DNA from: an uncultured bacterium
GTDB lineage: Bacteria > Krumholzibacteriota > Krumholzibacteriia > LZORAL124-64-63
Direction: 5' to 3'
Length of the DNA: 64,000 nucleotides
Assembly (NCBI GenBank): GCA_963727525.1
Contig: CAVSGO010000008.1
Coordinates: 128,001-192,000, forward strand
A program made the translations under genes and the position numbers. Positions 9,325 to 17,843 of this stretch are shown piece after piece (the stretch's first letter is position 1; the number at the start of each line of letters is the position of its first letter). The notes beneath the pieces are model-generated. The model was not told the DNA's origin, did no database searches, and saw nothing but the letters and a program-made list of their open reading frames with translations.

Positions 9325-10473
9325 TTATTGTCGCGGTGTCCAGGTGACCTTTTTCTTGCCGCGCAGGAACTGCACGAAGGCCACGGCTGACGCGAGATTG
9401 ATCACGCAAAGATAGTACGCAAGAGTGACGACCGCAGGCCTCGTCCCTCGTCGCAGCACGTGGCCGTACCAGGCCAGTCCGTAGAAGATAAGCTGGGCCG
9501 CGAGCATGGCCGCCCAGAAATTGCTCCCGCGGCCGAAATAGAGGGCCGTGTTCACCACGAAGGCACCGAGTTGAAAGAACGGTCCCAGGTAGCGTAACAG
9601 CTTGTGCGACCACAGTTGCCAGGCGAAGACGCCGTAGCGCAGGGGGTTGAGCAGGGCCGCCTTGTCCTTCAGGGCCCACCAGGCGCGCAGGGAGACGCGC
9701 ACCCGCATGCGGAACTCGTCGCCAGTGTCGCTGAGCGCGTCCTCGTAGAGGAGGGCGCGCGGTTCGTACACCACGCGCCAGCCCCGCTCGCGCACGGTGA
9801 GCGGTTGCACGAAGTCGGGGAGCTGGTCGGCCCGCATCGGCGTGTAGATGTCCCGGCGCATGGCGTCCACGCCACCATCCACGCCCACGATGGAGCCGAG
9901 ATCGGTCTCCCAGTCGCGCAGCAGGTTCTCGTAGCGCATGTAGGCCGAGCAGCCCTCGCCGGTGAGCGAGCCGTCCGGCGCCTTGTAGACCATGCGCCCG
10001 GTGACGTAACCCACGGACGCGTCGCCCAGGGGTTGCACGAGCTGCCGGACGGTATCGGGGGCGTAAAGGCTGTTCGCGTCGCTGAAAACGATGACCTCGC
10101 CCGTGGCCTGCGGCATGATCAGATTGAGTCCGCTGGTCTTGCCCTGGCGCGGCTCCTGTCTTACGAGGGCGACGCGCGGATCGCCGAGGCCGCGGACGAT
10201 GTCGTCGGTACCGTCATCGCTGCCGTCGCTCACCACGATCACGTCGAGCCGGTCGGCCGGGTAGTCCTGCTCCAGCTTGTTGCGCACCGTGCCCGCGATG
10301 TGGCGCGCCTCGTTGAACGCGGCGATGAGCACCGTCACCGTGGGTGTGTAGGCGCCGTCCGGAGGATAGGCGATGCGCCGGCGCAGGAGTCCGCCGAGGA
10401 CGCGGGCTAGCACGGGATAGCCGGCGTAGATGTACGCCAGGAGCAGGAGACAGAGCCAGAACAGTGTGACCAT
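9325..10473 (-). CDS. Glycosyltransferase family 2 (membrane-bound)
   Basis: YIYAGYP, IAAFNE, SDGSDDGT, GKTSGLN, FSDAN, C-terminal TM helices. Confidence 0.9.
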   Translation of the reverse strand: MVTLFWLCLLLLAYIYAGYPVLARVLGGLLRRRIAYPPDGAYTPTVTVLIAAFNEARHIAGTVRNKLEQDYPADRLDVIVVSDGSDDGTDDIVRGLGDPRVALVRQEPRQGKTSGLNLIMPQATGEVIVFSDANSLYAPDTVRQLVQPLGDASVGYVTGRMVYKAPDGSLTGEGCSAYMRYENLLRDWETDLGSIVGVDGGVDAMRRDIYTPMRADQLPDFVQPLTVRERGWRVVYEPRALLYEDALSDTGDEFRMRVRVSLRAWWALKDKAALLNPLRYGVFAWQLWSHKLLRYLGPFFQLGAFVVNTALYFGRGSNFWAAMLAAQLIFYGLAWYGHVLRRGTRPAVVTLAYYLCVINLASAVAFVQFLRGKKKVTWTPRQ

Positions 10474-10484
10474 GGATGGGTGCC

Positions 10485-11714
10485 TCAACCGAAGAACAGG
10501 TAGCTCACCAGGATGGCCGCGATCATGCCGGCGACATCGGCCGCGAGACCACAGGCCACCGCGTATCGCGTACGCCGGATGCCGACGCTTCCGAAATACA
10601 CGGCCAGGACGTAGAAGGTGGTTTCCGTGCTGCCCTGCATCACGCTCACGAGGCGGCCGGCGAAGCTGTCGGGGCCGAACGTCTGCATCGTGTCGATCAT
10701 GAGCCCGCGCGCCCCGCTGCCCGAGAGCGGCTTCATGAGCGCCGTGGGCAGCCCGTCGACCCAGCGCGTGTCGCCGCCGAGGGCGTGCACGCCGGCGCGC
10801 ACGCCGTCCAGGAGCAGGTCGAGCGCGCCGCTGGCCCGGAACACGCCGATCGCCACCAGCATCGCCACCAGGTAGGGGATGATCGTGATGGCCGTCTCGA
10901 ATCCCTGCTTGGCGCCCTCGACGAAGGCCTCGTACACGTTCACCCTCTGGCGGATCGCCAGGAGCAGGAAGACCGTGATGAGCGTGAAGATGAGCGCGTT
11001 GGCCAGCACGGCCGACTGCGCTGCCACCTGGTTCTGCGGCAGCCGTGCGAACCAGGCCACCAGTCCCGCCACCACCGCCGCGGCGCCGCCCAGATAGGCG
11101 ATCACGACCGGATCGTGGAGCTTCAGCTTCTGCACGAGCGCCGTCGTGATCAGGCCCACCAGCGTGCTGCAGAAGGTGGCGATGAGGATGGGCAGGAACA
11201 CGTCGGTGGGATCGGCGGCGCCCATCTGCGCGCGGTAGGTGAAGATCGTGACCGGCACGACCGTCACGGCCGACGTGTTGATCACCAGGAAGAGGATCTG
11301 CGCGTCGCTCGCGGTGTCAGGCGTGCGGTTGAGGGTCTGCAACTCCTTCATCGCCGCCAGGCCGAGGGGCGTGGCGGCGTTGTCGAGCCCCAGCATGTTG
11401 GCGGCCAGGTTCATGATCATGGCGCCCTCGGCAGGGTGACCGGCCGGCACGCCCGGGAACAGCCGGCGCATCAGGGGGGCGAAGGCCCGCGCCAGCAGGT
11501 CCACGGCGCCGCCCTTCTCGCCAATGCGCATCAGCCCCAGCCACAGGCACATGACGCCGGTGAGCCCCAGGGCGATCTCGAAGGCGGTCTTCGCCGTGTC
11601 GAAGGTGCTGCCGACAATCGTCTGCCACACCTCGGCGTGGCCCAGGACGAGCGACTGCACGCAGGCCACGGCGAAGGCGGCCAGGAAGAAGAAGGCCCAG
11701 ATCCGGTTCAGCAT
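10485..11714 (-). CDS. Fused SpmA/SpmB nucleoside-recognition (Gate) membrane protein
   Basis: NLAANMLGLDNAATPLGL.AM.ELQ, KPLSGSGARG, QGSTETTFYVLAVYFG. Confidence 0.9.
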   Translation of the reverse strand: MLNRIWAFFFLAAFAVACVQSLVLGHAEVWQTIVGSTFDTAKTAFEIALGLTGVMCLWLGLMRIGEKGGAVDLLARAFAPLMRRLFPGVPAGHPAEGAMIMNLAANMLGLDNAATPLGLAAMKELQTLNRTPDTASDAQILFLVINTSAVTVVPVTIFTYRAQMGAADPTDVFLPILIATFCSTLVGLITTALVQKLKLHDPVVIAYLGGAAAVVAGLVAWFARLPQNQVAAQSAVLANALIFTLITVFLLLAIRQRVNVYEAFVEGAKQGFETAITIIPYLVAMLVAIGVFRASGALDLLLDGVRAGVHALGGDTRWVDGLPTALMKPLSGSGARGLMIDTMQTFGPDSFAGRLVSVMQGSTETTFYVLAVYFGSVGIRRTRYAVACGLAADVAGMIAAILVSYLFFG

Positions 11715-11848
11715 GGTGCCAGGATAGGGACGCGGCGGCGGCGTGTCATGGAGAATTCTCGCCCGAGGACCAAACCTGGGCGCCCTCGCGGACGTCTAAT
11801 GTCCATGATGTCGCCGTGATCGATCCTCGAACCCCCGGAGGTCGTCCC

Positions 11849-12529
11849 ATGCTCCCGCGCCGGATCCCTCGCATCTCGACCTTGATCCTGTGCCTGATCC
11901 TCGCCACGCCCGCGCTCGCCTTCGATCTCGGCAAGCACTTCGGCCGCGGCGAGAAGGGCAACGGCACCATGAAGACGGTGACGTTCGACGTGGCCGATTG
12001 CCATGCCGTGCGGCTGGAGTGCGGACTCGACATCGATATCTCGTTCGGCGACCACCAGAAGGTGGCGCTGACGGTGGATGAGAACCTCGTCGACAACTAT
12101 GAGGTCGTGGCCGACGGCGGTACGCTCGTGATCGACGCCAGGGACAACCCCCGCCCCGGCAAGCACGCGAAGCTCGCGCTCACGCTGACGTCGCTGTCCT
12201 CGCTCGCCATCACCGGCGCCGGCGATGTGACGGTCGCCGGTTTCGCCGGCGAATCGCTGGAGATCGACGTGTCAGGGGCCGGCGATCTGACGCTGGACGG
12301 CCACGCGAACACCCTCGCCGTCGATGTGTCCGGTGCCGGCGACATCGACGCCCGCGACCTGGAGGCGAGGTCGGTGACGCTGACGCTCAACGGTGCGGGC
12401 GATGCCCAGGTGTACGCCAGCGAGGCGGCCGACGTCACGGTGAACGGGGTGGGCGACGTCGAGGTGTATGGCAACCCCGCGCAGTTCACCAAGGCCGTCC
12501 ACGGCGTGGGCGACATCGAACGGAAATAG
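11849..12529 (+). CDS. Secreted DUF2807 (GIN/auto-transporter head-like beta-helix) protein
   Basis: Signal peptide; repeated (S/N/T)GAGD(V/I/L) motifs; VYGNP. Confidence 0.85.
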   Translation: MLPRRIPRISTLILCLILATPALAFDLGKHFGRGEKGNGTMKTVTFDVADCHAVRLECGLDIDISFGDHQKVALTVDENLVDNYEVVADGGTLVIDARDNPRPGKHAKLALTLTSLSSLAITGAGDVTVAGFAGESLEIDVSGAGDLTLDGHANTLAVDVSGAGDIDARDLEARSVTLTLNGAGDAQVYASEAADVTVNGVGDVEVYGNPAQFTKAVHGVGDIERK

Positions 12530-12574
12530 CCGTTGCCCGCGCCCGGTGCTATCGTCCCCGCGAGGAGGATCGCC

Positions 12575-13420
12575 GTGCACGAGGTCTGGCAAGGTACCCT
12601 GCGAAAGATGCGCGCCGTCCCCGGCGACGACGGTGCGCCGGCCCGCTACGCGCTCGCCGACGGGTTCTGGAATCCGCAGGAACGCGTCGACGATCTGCCC
12701 ATGAACGATCGGCTGGGCGCGCCGCTGGAGATCCGTTTCACGGGTAAGATCGCCTGTACCTACTGCGGACGCGCCACGAAGAAGACCTTCGGCGAGGGTT
12801 TCTGCTACCCGTGTTTCCTGGCGCGCGCTGAGGCCGACCAGTGTATCGTGCGGCCCGAGCTGTGCCACTACCACGTGCCCGACGATCCCTGCCGCGACGA
12901 CGCCTTCGCGCAGAGCCACTGTTTCCAGCCCCACGTGCTCTACGCCTCGCTCACCTCGGCGCCGAAGGTGGGCATCACGCGGCGCGCGAATGTCCCCACG
13001 CGCTGGCTCGACCAGGGAGCCACGGCGGCGATCGCGCTGGCCGAGCTGCCGGATCGCCGCAGCGTGGGGCTCGTGGAAGCGCGCCTGCGCGACGAGGTGG
13101 GGCTGCAGGACCGCACGCACTGGACGCGCCTGCTGAAGAATGCCGAGGGTGAGGGCGATCTCGCGGCGTTCGCCGCCGGCATCGTCGACCGTCTCGCCGC
13201 CTGGGATATCGCCGGAGTGTTGCCGGCCAGCGATCGCGTCGTGCGTCGCTTCGCCTATCCCGTCCTCGTCTATCCCACCAAGGTGACCAGCTTCAACCTC
13301 GACAAGGACCCCCTCGCGGGCGGCGCGCTGCAGGGCATCAAGGGGCAGTATCTCATCTTCGCCGGCGGCGTGATCAATCTGCGCAAGTACACCGGGTACC
13401 AGGTCGTGGTCTCCGCGTAA
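12575..13420 (+). CDS. DUF2797 family protein
   Basis: GAGGAGG then GTG; CTYCGR..KKTF.EGFCYPC, KVGITR, TRWLDQGA, GIKGQYLIF. Confidence 0.85.
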   Translation: MHEVWQGTLRKMRAVPGDDGAPARYALADGFWNPQERVDDLPMNDRLGAPLEIRFTGKIACTYCGRATKKTFGEGFCYPCFLARAEADQCIVRPELCHYHVPDDPCRDDAFAQSHCFQPHVLYASLTSAPKVGITRRANVPTRWLDQGATAAIALAELPDRRSVGLVEARLRDEVGLQDRTHWTRLLKNAEGEGDLAAFAAGIVDRLAAWDIAGVLPASDRVVRRFAYPVLVYPTKVTSFNLDKDPLAGGALQGIKGQYLIFAGGVINLRKYTGYQVVVSA

Positions 13421-13547
13421 CGAGCATCGCGTCGCGCGTCTCCATGCCGCGACATCGTGCGTCGGCGCGTCATGCGGCGTTGTCGGCGCCGCGGTGCGTG
13501 GGCGCCCCGATCGCCGGATCCGTGGCGCCAGGCGCGGTGGCGGGCCG

Positions 13548-13563
13548 TGGCCCGGCGTTTGCG
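13548..13563 (+). promoter_or_regulatory. Sigma54 (-24/-12) promoter of the RiPP-like operon
   Basis: TGGCCCG-GCGT-TTGCG against consensus TGGCACG-N4-TTGC; exact GG-N10-GC spacing, about 56 nt before the ATG. Confidence 0.6.
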
Positions 13564-13618
13564 AGACGGGAGTCGGCGGGCCAGGAGGGTCCCCACTCAC
13601 GCGAACAAGGAGGTCACG

Positions 13619-13813
13619 ATGAACGAATCCACGCTGCGTCCGGCCGATGTCGACCTGCAATCCCTCGGCATCCAGGAGCTGCATGAGCGGCTCGAGTTCA
13701 GTCCCCTGTTGACCGGCGGTGTCGATGCGGCGCAGAACACGACGTGCTGCACGTGCAAGATCGGCCCGTACGACCCGACCAACGAGCCCTGGGATCCCTT
13801 CTACAATGCGTAG
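13619..13813 (+). CDS. Putative RiPP precursor peptide (64 aa)
   Basis: AAGGAGG RBS at 13607-13613; MNESTLRPADVDLQSLGIQELHERLEFSPLLTGGVDAAQNTTCCTCKIGPYDPTNEPWDPFYNA; acidic leader-like half and Cys/aromatic/Pro core; stop overlaps the next ATG. Confidence 0.75.
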   Translation: MNESTLRPADVDLQSLGIQELHERLEFSPLLTGGVDAAQNTTCCTCKIGPYDPTNEPWDPFYNA

Positions 13814-14942
13814 TCGGCCGTCTGGTGCGGAGCGCTGGGCCCTGTGGACCCTGCAGGCTCTCGTGCCCGAGGCCGACCCGGCGGCGCTGCACGCTCTACG
13901 GGCGCGGCAGCGCCGCTACCAGGCTCTCGAGTTCGAGGCGATGCGGCAGATCCAGGACGGCAACCTGGGCTTGCTGCAACCCGGTCGCCAGGTTCTCGCC
14001 GCGCATCCCGAACTGCGCACTGGTCTCGTGCTCACGTTGCACCAGGGACCGTATCAACTCGTGCTCGAGCCCTTCGCGGCGGCGGGTGATACGTTGACGG
14101 TGCTCATCAACGCGGCGGCGCGGGAGGCTCTGCAACCGCAGGCCGAGCAACTCGGCCGACGCCTCGACCACACGGGCGCGATCGTGTGGGCGACGCTCGG
14201 TGATCCGGCGTGTATGCGCCAGATCGTGCGGGCGTTGCGCGCTGGCACGCCGGTGGTGGTCTTCGCCGACGGCAACCAGGGTGAGGGCGGGCACGCGGCC
14301 ACACGCGCGCGGGGGCGGCCCTACCACCTGCCGGGCCGCGAGATCCGCCTGCGCGACGGACTGGGACGTCTCGCCTGCCGTCTCGGCTGCCCCGTCCACC
14401 CGGTGGCCGTGCGCTGGACGGACGATGGCGGTGTGGCCTGGCACCTCGGGTCCACGCAGCGCTGGTCGCGGGCGGATGACCCGGGGCAGGTGGCTGCCCT
14501 CATGATGGACTGGGCGGTGCACGAGATCACCGTGGCGCCGGAGCAGTGGACGTACTGGGATATGATCGGCCTGTCGGCGGCGGCATTCAGCCCGCAGCGC
14601 GACCGCACGCTCGCTGTACCGGTGGCCCTGCGCGACGACTACGCCCGCGCCTTCAGGATCTGCACGCAACGGGCGCCGGGATCCGTGCGCCTTGCTCTGG
14701 AGCACGCGGTGGAGGTGTGGCCGGGAGACGTGCTCGTCGATACCACCGACGACCGCTTCTATCCCGCGTCCGGCCTGCAGGACGAAGACCTCGCCATGCT
14801 GCGGTCAGGCCAGCCCTCGCTGCGCGCCCTCGCCGATGCCCAGGGCGAGGCCTGGCTGCAGACCCATGGTTTGCGACTCTGCCTCCTCGGCCTGGCGCGG
14901 CTGGTCTGGCAGTCGGCGCGGAGCCCGGCGACCGGTGGCTGA
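13806..14942 (+). CDS. LpxL/HtrB-like (LPLAT) acyltransferase with C-terminal RRE-like extension
   Basis: GLVLTLHQGPYQL, RALRAGTPVVVFADG, GLGRLACRLGCPVHPV and APEQWTYW match lipid A acyltransferase blocks; about 100 extra C-terminal residues. Confidence 0.72.
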   Translation: MRSRPSGAERWALWTLQALVPEADPAALHALRARQRRYQALEFEAMRQIQDGNLGLLQPGRQVLAAHPELRTGLVLTLHQGPYQLVLEPFAAAGDTLTVLINAAAREALQPQAEQLGRRLDHTGAIVWATLGDPACMRQIVRALRAGTPVVVFADGNQGEGGHAATRARGRPYHLPGREIRLRDGLGRLACRLGCPVHPVAVRWTDDGGVAWHLGSTQRWSRADDPGQVAALMMDWAVHEITVAPEQWTYWDMIGLSAAAFSPQRDRTLAVPVALRDDYARAFRICTQRAPGSVRLALEHAVEVWPGDVLVDTTDDRFYPASGLQDEDLAMLRSGQPSLRALADAQGEAWLQTHGLRLCLLGLARLVWQSARSPATGG

Positions 14943-15942
14943 GTTCCGTGTGATCACTGGTCGCGGCGATCGCTGGCTCGTGCGCGACGGCGGCCGGCTG
15001 TTCGTCGTGCCCGGTGCGCTGGCGCGGGAGCTGCAGGAACCGGGAGGCCGTGCGCGCTGGCGGCAGCTCGCACCGCCGCCCCGCGCCGACGCGCGTAGTC
15101 GTCGCGACGCCCTCTGGTTGCGCGTCTGCCTGCTGCCGGCTCGCTGGGCCGACGCCCTCGCGCGCCTGCTCGCGCCGCTCGCCTGTACGCGGGCCCTCGT
15201 GGTGCTCGTGGTCGTCGGAGTCGGTGGCCTCGTCGGCGCCGCGGTCGCGGGGCGGCCCGCTTCCGGTGCGATCACGGCCGACGAGCGCGTGGCCGGGCTC
15301 GTGCTGTTCATCGTCACCGCCCTCGTCCACGAGCTGGGCCATGCCGCGGCGCTGCGCCACGAGGGCTTGCCGGCTGGACGCGTGGGCGCCGGACTGCTCT
15401 GGATCCTGCCCGTGCTCTACTGCGACGTCACCGCGAGCGGATTGCTCCCTCGTCCGGGACGGGTACGCGTGGATGTGGCCGGCATGGTGTTCCAGGTCGC
15501 CGCCGCCGGTGTGCTGGCGAGCGGCGCGGTGGTCTCGGGGCACGTTGCACCGTGGCTGGGCGCCACGGGCGCCGTGATCGCGGTGATGTGGAGCGCCACG
15601 CCGTTGCTGCGGGCCGACGGCCACTGGTTGCTGCTCGACCTGCTCGGTCTCGACGACCTTGCGGCATCGCCGCCGCGCGGCTGGTGTGTCCGCCACCGCC
15701 GACTCCTCGCCGTACTCGCGATCTGGCGCGTGGCCACGATCCTGGCGCTGACGACCGCGATCGTCTGGCTGCCGTGGCGCGTGTTGCGTCTCGCGGCACG
15801 GCTGGGCGCGCCAGGTTGGTCGGCCGGTATCCGCGTGGTCCTCTGGTCGGGACTCGCGGCGCTGTTCGGGCTCGGAGCCTGGCGCGCCGGCAAGCGTATC
15901 CTCGGGCTCCTGCGAGCCCTGTTCCGCGACGGGCGCTACTAG
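14935..15942 (+). CDS. M50-family (site-2) intramembrane metalloprotease, RiPP-associated type
   Basis: HELGH in a TM helix, G.GLLWILPVLYCDV, ATPLLRADGHW; GTG start overlaps the upstream stop by 8 bp. Confidence 0.82.
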   Translation: MAEFRVITGRGDRWLVRDGGRLFVVPGALARELQEPGGRARWRQLAPPPRADARSRRDALWLRVCLLPARWADALARLLAPLACTRALVVLVVVGVGGLVGAAVAGRPASGAITADERVAGLVLFIVTALVHELGHAAALRHEGLPAGRVGAGLLWILPVLYCDVTASGLLPRPGRVRVDVAGMVFQVAAAGVLASGAVVSGHVAPWLGATGAVIAVMWSATPLLRADGHWLLLDLLGLDDLAASPPRGWCVRHRRLLAVLAIWRVATILALTTAIVWLPWRVLRLAARLGAPGWSAGIRVVLWSGLAALFGLGAWRAGKRILGLLRALFRDGRY

Positions 15943-16007
15943 ACGAGCGTGGCTAGGCAGGCCCGCCATCGTACGCTATCCTGTCATATGAACAGGAGCG
16001 TGGATAC

Positions 16008-16328
16008 GTGGCGCCACGAGACGATCGTGATTTTCCGGGCGACGAGCCCGAGCCCCTGCCCATCGACGGCGTGCTCGACCTGCACGCCTTCGCCCCGCAG
16101 GACACGCGCGACCTCGTGAGCGACTACCTGGAGGAGTGTCGTGCGCGGGGAATCCTGAGCGTACGCATCATCCACGGCAAGGGCATCGGGGTGCAGCGCG
16201 AGATCGTGCAGAACCTGCTGCGGCGCCATGTCGACGTGGTGAGCTTCGGCCATCCCGGTGATGAGGGATCCTGGGGCGCCACCGTGGTGGAACTGCGGCC
16301 GCCGGACGCCGGAGGCGGGCATGGTTAG
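16008..16328 (+). CDS. Stand-alone Smr domain protein
   Basis: LDLHAF...VRIIHGKGIG...GSWGATVV. Confidence 0.88.
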   Translation: MAPRDDRDFPGDEPEPLPIDGVLDLHAFAPQDTRDLVSDYLEECRARGILSVRIIHGKGIGVQREIVQNLLRRHVDVVSFGHPGDEGSWGATVVELRPPDAGGGHG

Positions 16329-16668
16329 CAAGCGCGGCCGTCGATCGATACGCTACGACGCGCACGTGGAGCCGCCCCGTGAGCGCACGCACGCGCCCGA
16401 TCGGCCGCCGGAGATCCTGCTGCGACGCGTGTGTTTCGAGGATGCGCTGCAGCGCCTCGAGTTCCAGCTCCGCGCATTTCTGCGTCAGGGCCGGCGCGAG
16501 GTGGTCGTGGTGCACGGCAAGGGACAGAACTCGCCCGGCGGGCAGGGCGTGCTGGGGCCCGCCGTGCGGCAGTGGTGCGACCATCACGGCGAGATCGTGT
16601 CGAGCTGGCACGAGGCTCCGCTGAAGTGGGGCGGCAGCGGCGCGATCGTCGTGCAACTCAACGTGTAG
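16321..16668 (+). CDS. Second Smr domain protein (DxH motif degenerate)
   Basis: VVVVHGKGQNS..G.GVL...WGGSGAIVV; EILLRR where DLHG is expected. Confidence 0.8.
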   Translation: MVSKRGRRSIRYDAHVEPPRERTHAPDRPPEILLRRVCFEDALQRLEFQLRAFLRQGRREVVVVHGKGQNSPGGQGVLGPAVRQWCDHHGEIVSSWHEAPLKWGGSGAIVVQLNV

Positions 16669-16676
16669 GACGGGTC

Positions 16677-17435
16677 ATGACGACATCCTCGACACACCCG
16701 GGCCGCGCGGCCGGCCGGACCGCGCTCGTCACCGGTGCCGCGCGCCGCGTGGGCCGACACCTCGCGCTCGCCCTCGCCCGCGAGGGCGCGCGGGTCGTGG
16801 TGCACTACCGCAGCAGCGAGGACGAGGCGGTGTCGCTCGCCACGGAGATCCGCGATGGTGGCGGCGAGGCGTTTCTCGTGCGCGGCGACCTCGCCGATCC
16901 CGCGCTGGCGGCGGGGCTGGTGGCCCAGGCCGCCGCCGCCGCGGGGCCGCTCGACGTGCTCGTCAACAATGCCTCGATCTTCGCTCCGGGCGATGCGCTC
17001 ACCACCGGCCTCGCGGAGTGGCGGATCAACCTCGCCGTCAATGCCACCGCACCCTTCCTGCTGAGTCAGGCCTTCGCCGGGCAGCTTCCGCACGGTCGCG
17101 ACGGTGTGATCGTGAATCTCAACGACTGGCGCGCCGGCCGGCCCGGTCCCGACCACTTCGCGTACACGATCAGCAAGGTGGCGCTGCACGGGCTCACGCA
17201 GAGTCTCGCGCAGGCCCTCGGCCCGCACGGCGTGCGCGTGTGCGAGCTGGCGCTGGGCGCGGTGCTGCCGCCCGAGGGAAGCGAGGAGGGCTACCTGCAC
17301 ACGCTGCGCGAGGAGATTCCCACGCGGCGATTCCCGCCGCTCGACGATGTGGCCGCGGCGTTGCTGAGCGTGCTCGCGAACCGCTCGCTCAACGGACTCA
17401 CGATTCCCGTCGATGGCGGCCGACACCTCGTCTGA
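16677..17435 (+). CDS. Pteridine reductase-like SDR (FolM/PTR1-like)
   Basis: TGAARRVG, VHYRSS, LVNNAS.F, YTISK; adjacent to folB and folK. Confidence 0.8.
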   Translation: MTTSSTHPGRAAGRTALVTGAARRVGRHLALALAREGARVVVHYRSSEDEAVSLATEIRDGGGEAFLVRGDLADPALAAGLVAQAAAAAGPLDVLVNNASIFAPGDALTTGLAEWRINLAVNATAPFLLSQAFAGQLPHGRDGVIVNLNDWRAGRPGPDHFAYTISKVALHGLTQSLAQALGPHGVRVCELALGAVLPPEGSEEGYLHTLREEIPTRRFPPLDDVAAALLSVLANRSLNGLTIPVDGGRHLV

Positions 17436-17453
17436 TCGCCGAAAGGACGCGTC

Positions 17454-17843
17454 ATGACCCCGCGCGACCTCCCCGACCTCGACCGCATCGAGATCAAGGA
17501 CCTGCTGCTGCGTGGCATCGTCGGCATCAATCCCGAGGAGCGCGAGAAGAAGCAGGACATCCTCGTGAATCTCGTGCTGCATGTCGATACGCGTGCGGCC
17601 GGCGTCAGCGACGCCCTCCATGACGCCGTGAACTACCGCTCGGTGACGAAGGCCGTCATCGCGCTCGTGGAGAGCAGCAGCTACTACACCGTCGAGAAGC
17701 TGGCCGCCGACATCGCGCGCCTCGCGCTGGGTGAGCACGGAGTGCCCGCGGTGACGGTGACGGTGGAGAAGCCCGGCGCGCTGCGCTTCGCGCGCTCGGT
17801 GGGCGTGACGATCACCCGCCATCGAGACGATCGCGATCGATGA
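17454..17843 (+). CDS. folB: Dihydroneopterin aldolase
   Basis: DRIEIKDL...GINPEER...Q, VNY, EKLA, V.VEKPGAL. Confidence 0.9.
   Translation: MTPRDLPDLDRIEIKDLLLRGIVGINPEEREKKQDILVNLVLHVDTRAAGVSDALHDAVNYRSVTKAVIALVESSSYYTVEKLAADIARLALGEHGVPAVTVTVEKPGALRFARSVGVTITRHRDDRDR

Noticed and set aside
13806-14942. Calling the acyltransferase a housekeeping lpxL/htrB
   Set aside because: The catalytic motif is altered, there is an extra C-terminal module and no LPS gene context, and it is coupled to a peptide ORF and a protease.
13619-15942. Assigning the RiPP-like cluster to daptides, lanthipeptides or ranthipeptides
   Set aside because: The peptide ends in Ala, not Thr, and no dehydrogenase/aminotransferase/methyltransferase, LanB/C/M or radical SAM gene is nearby.
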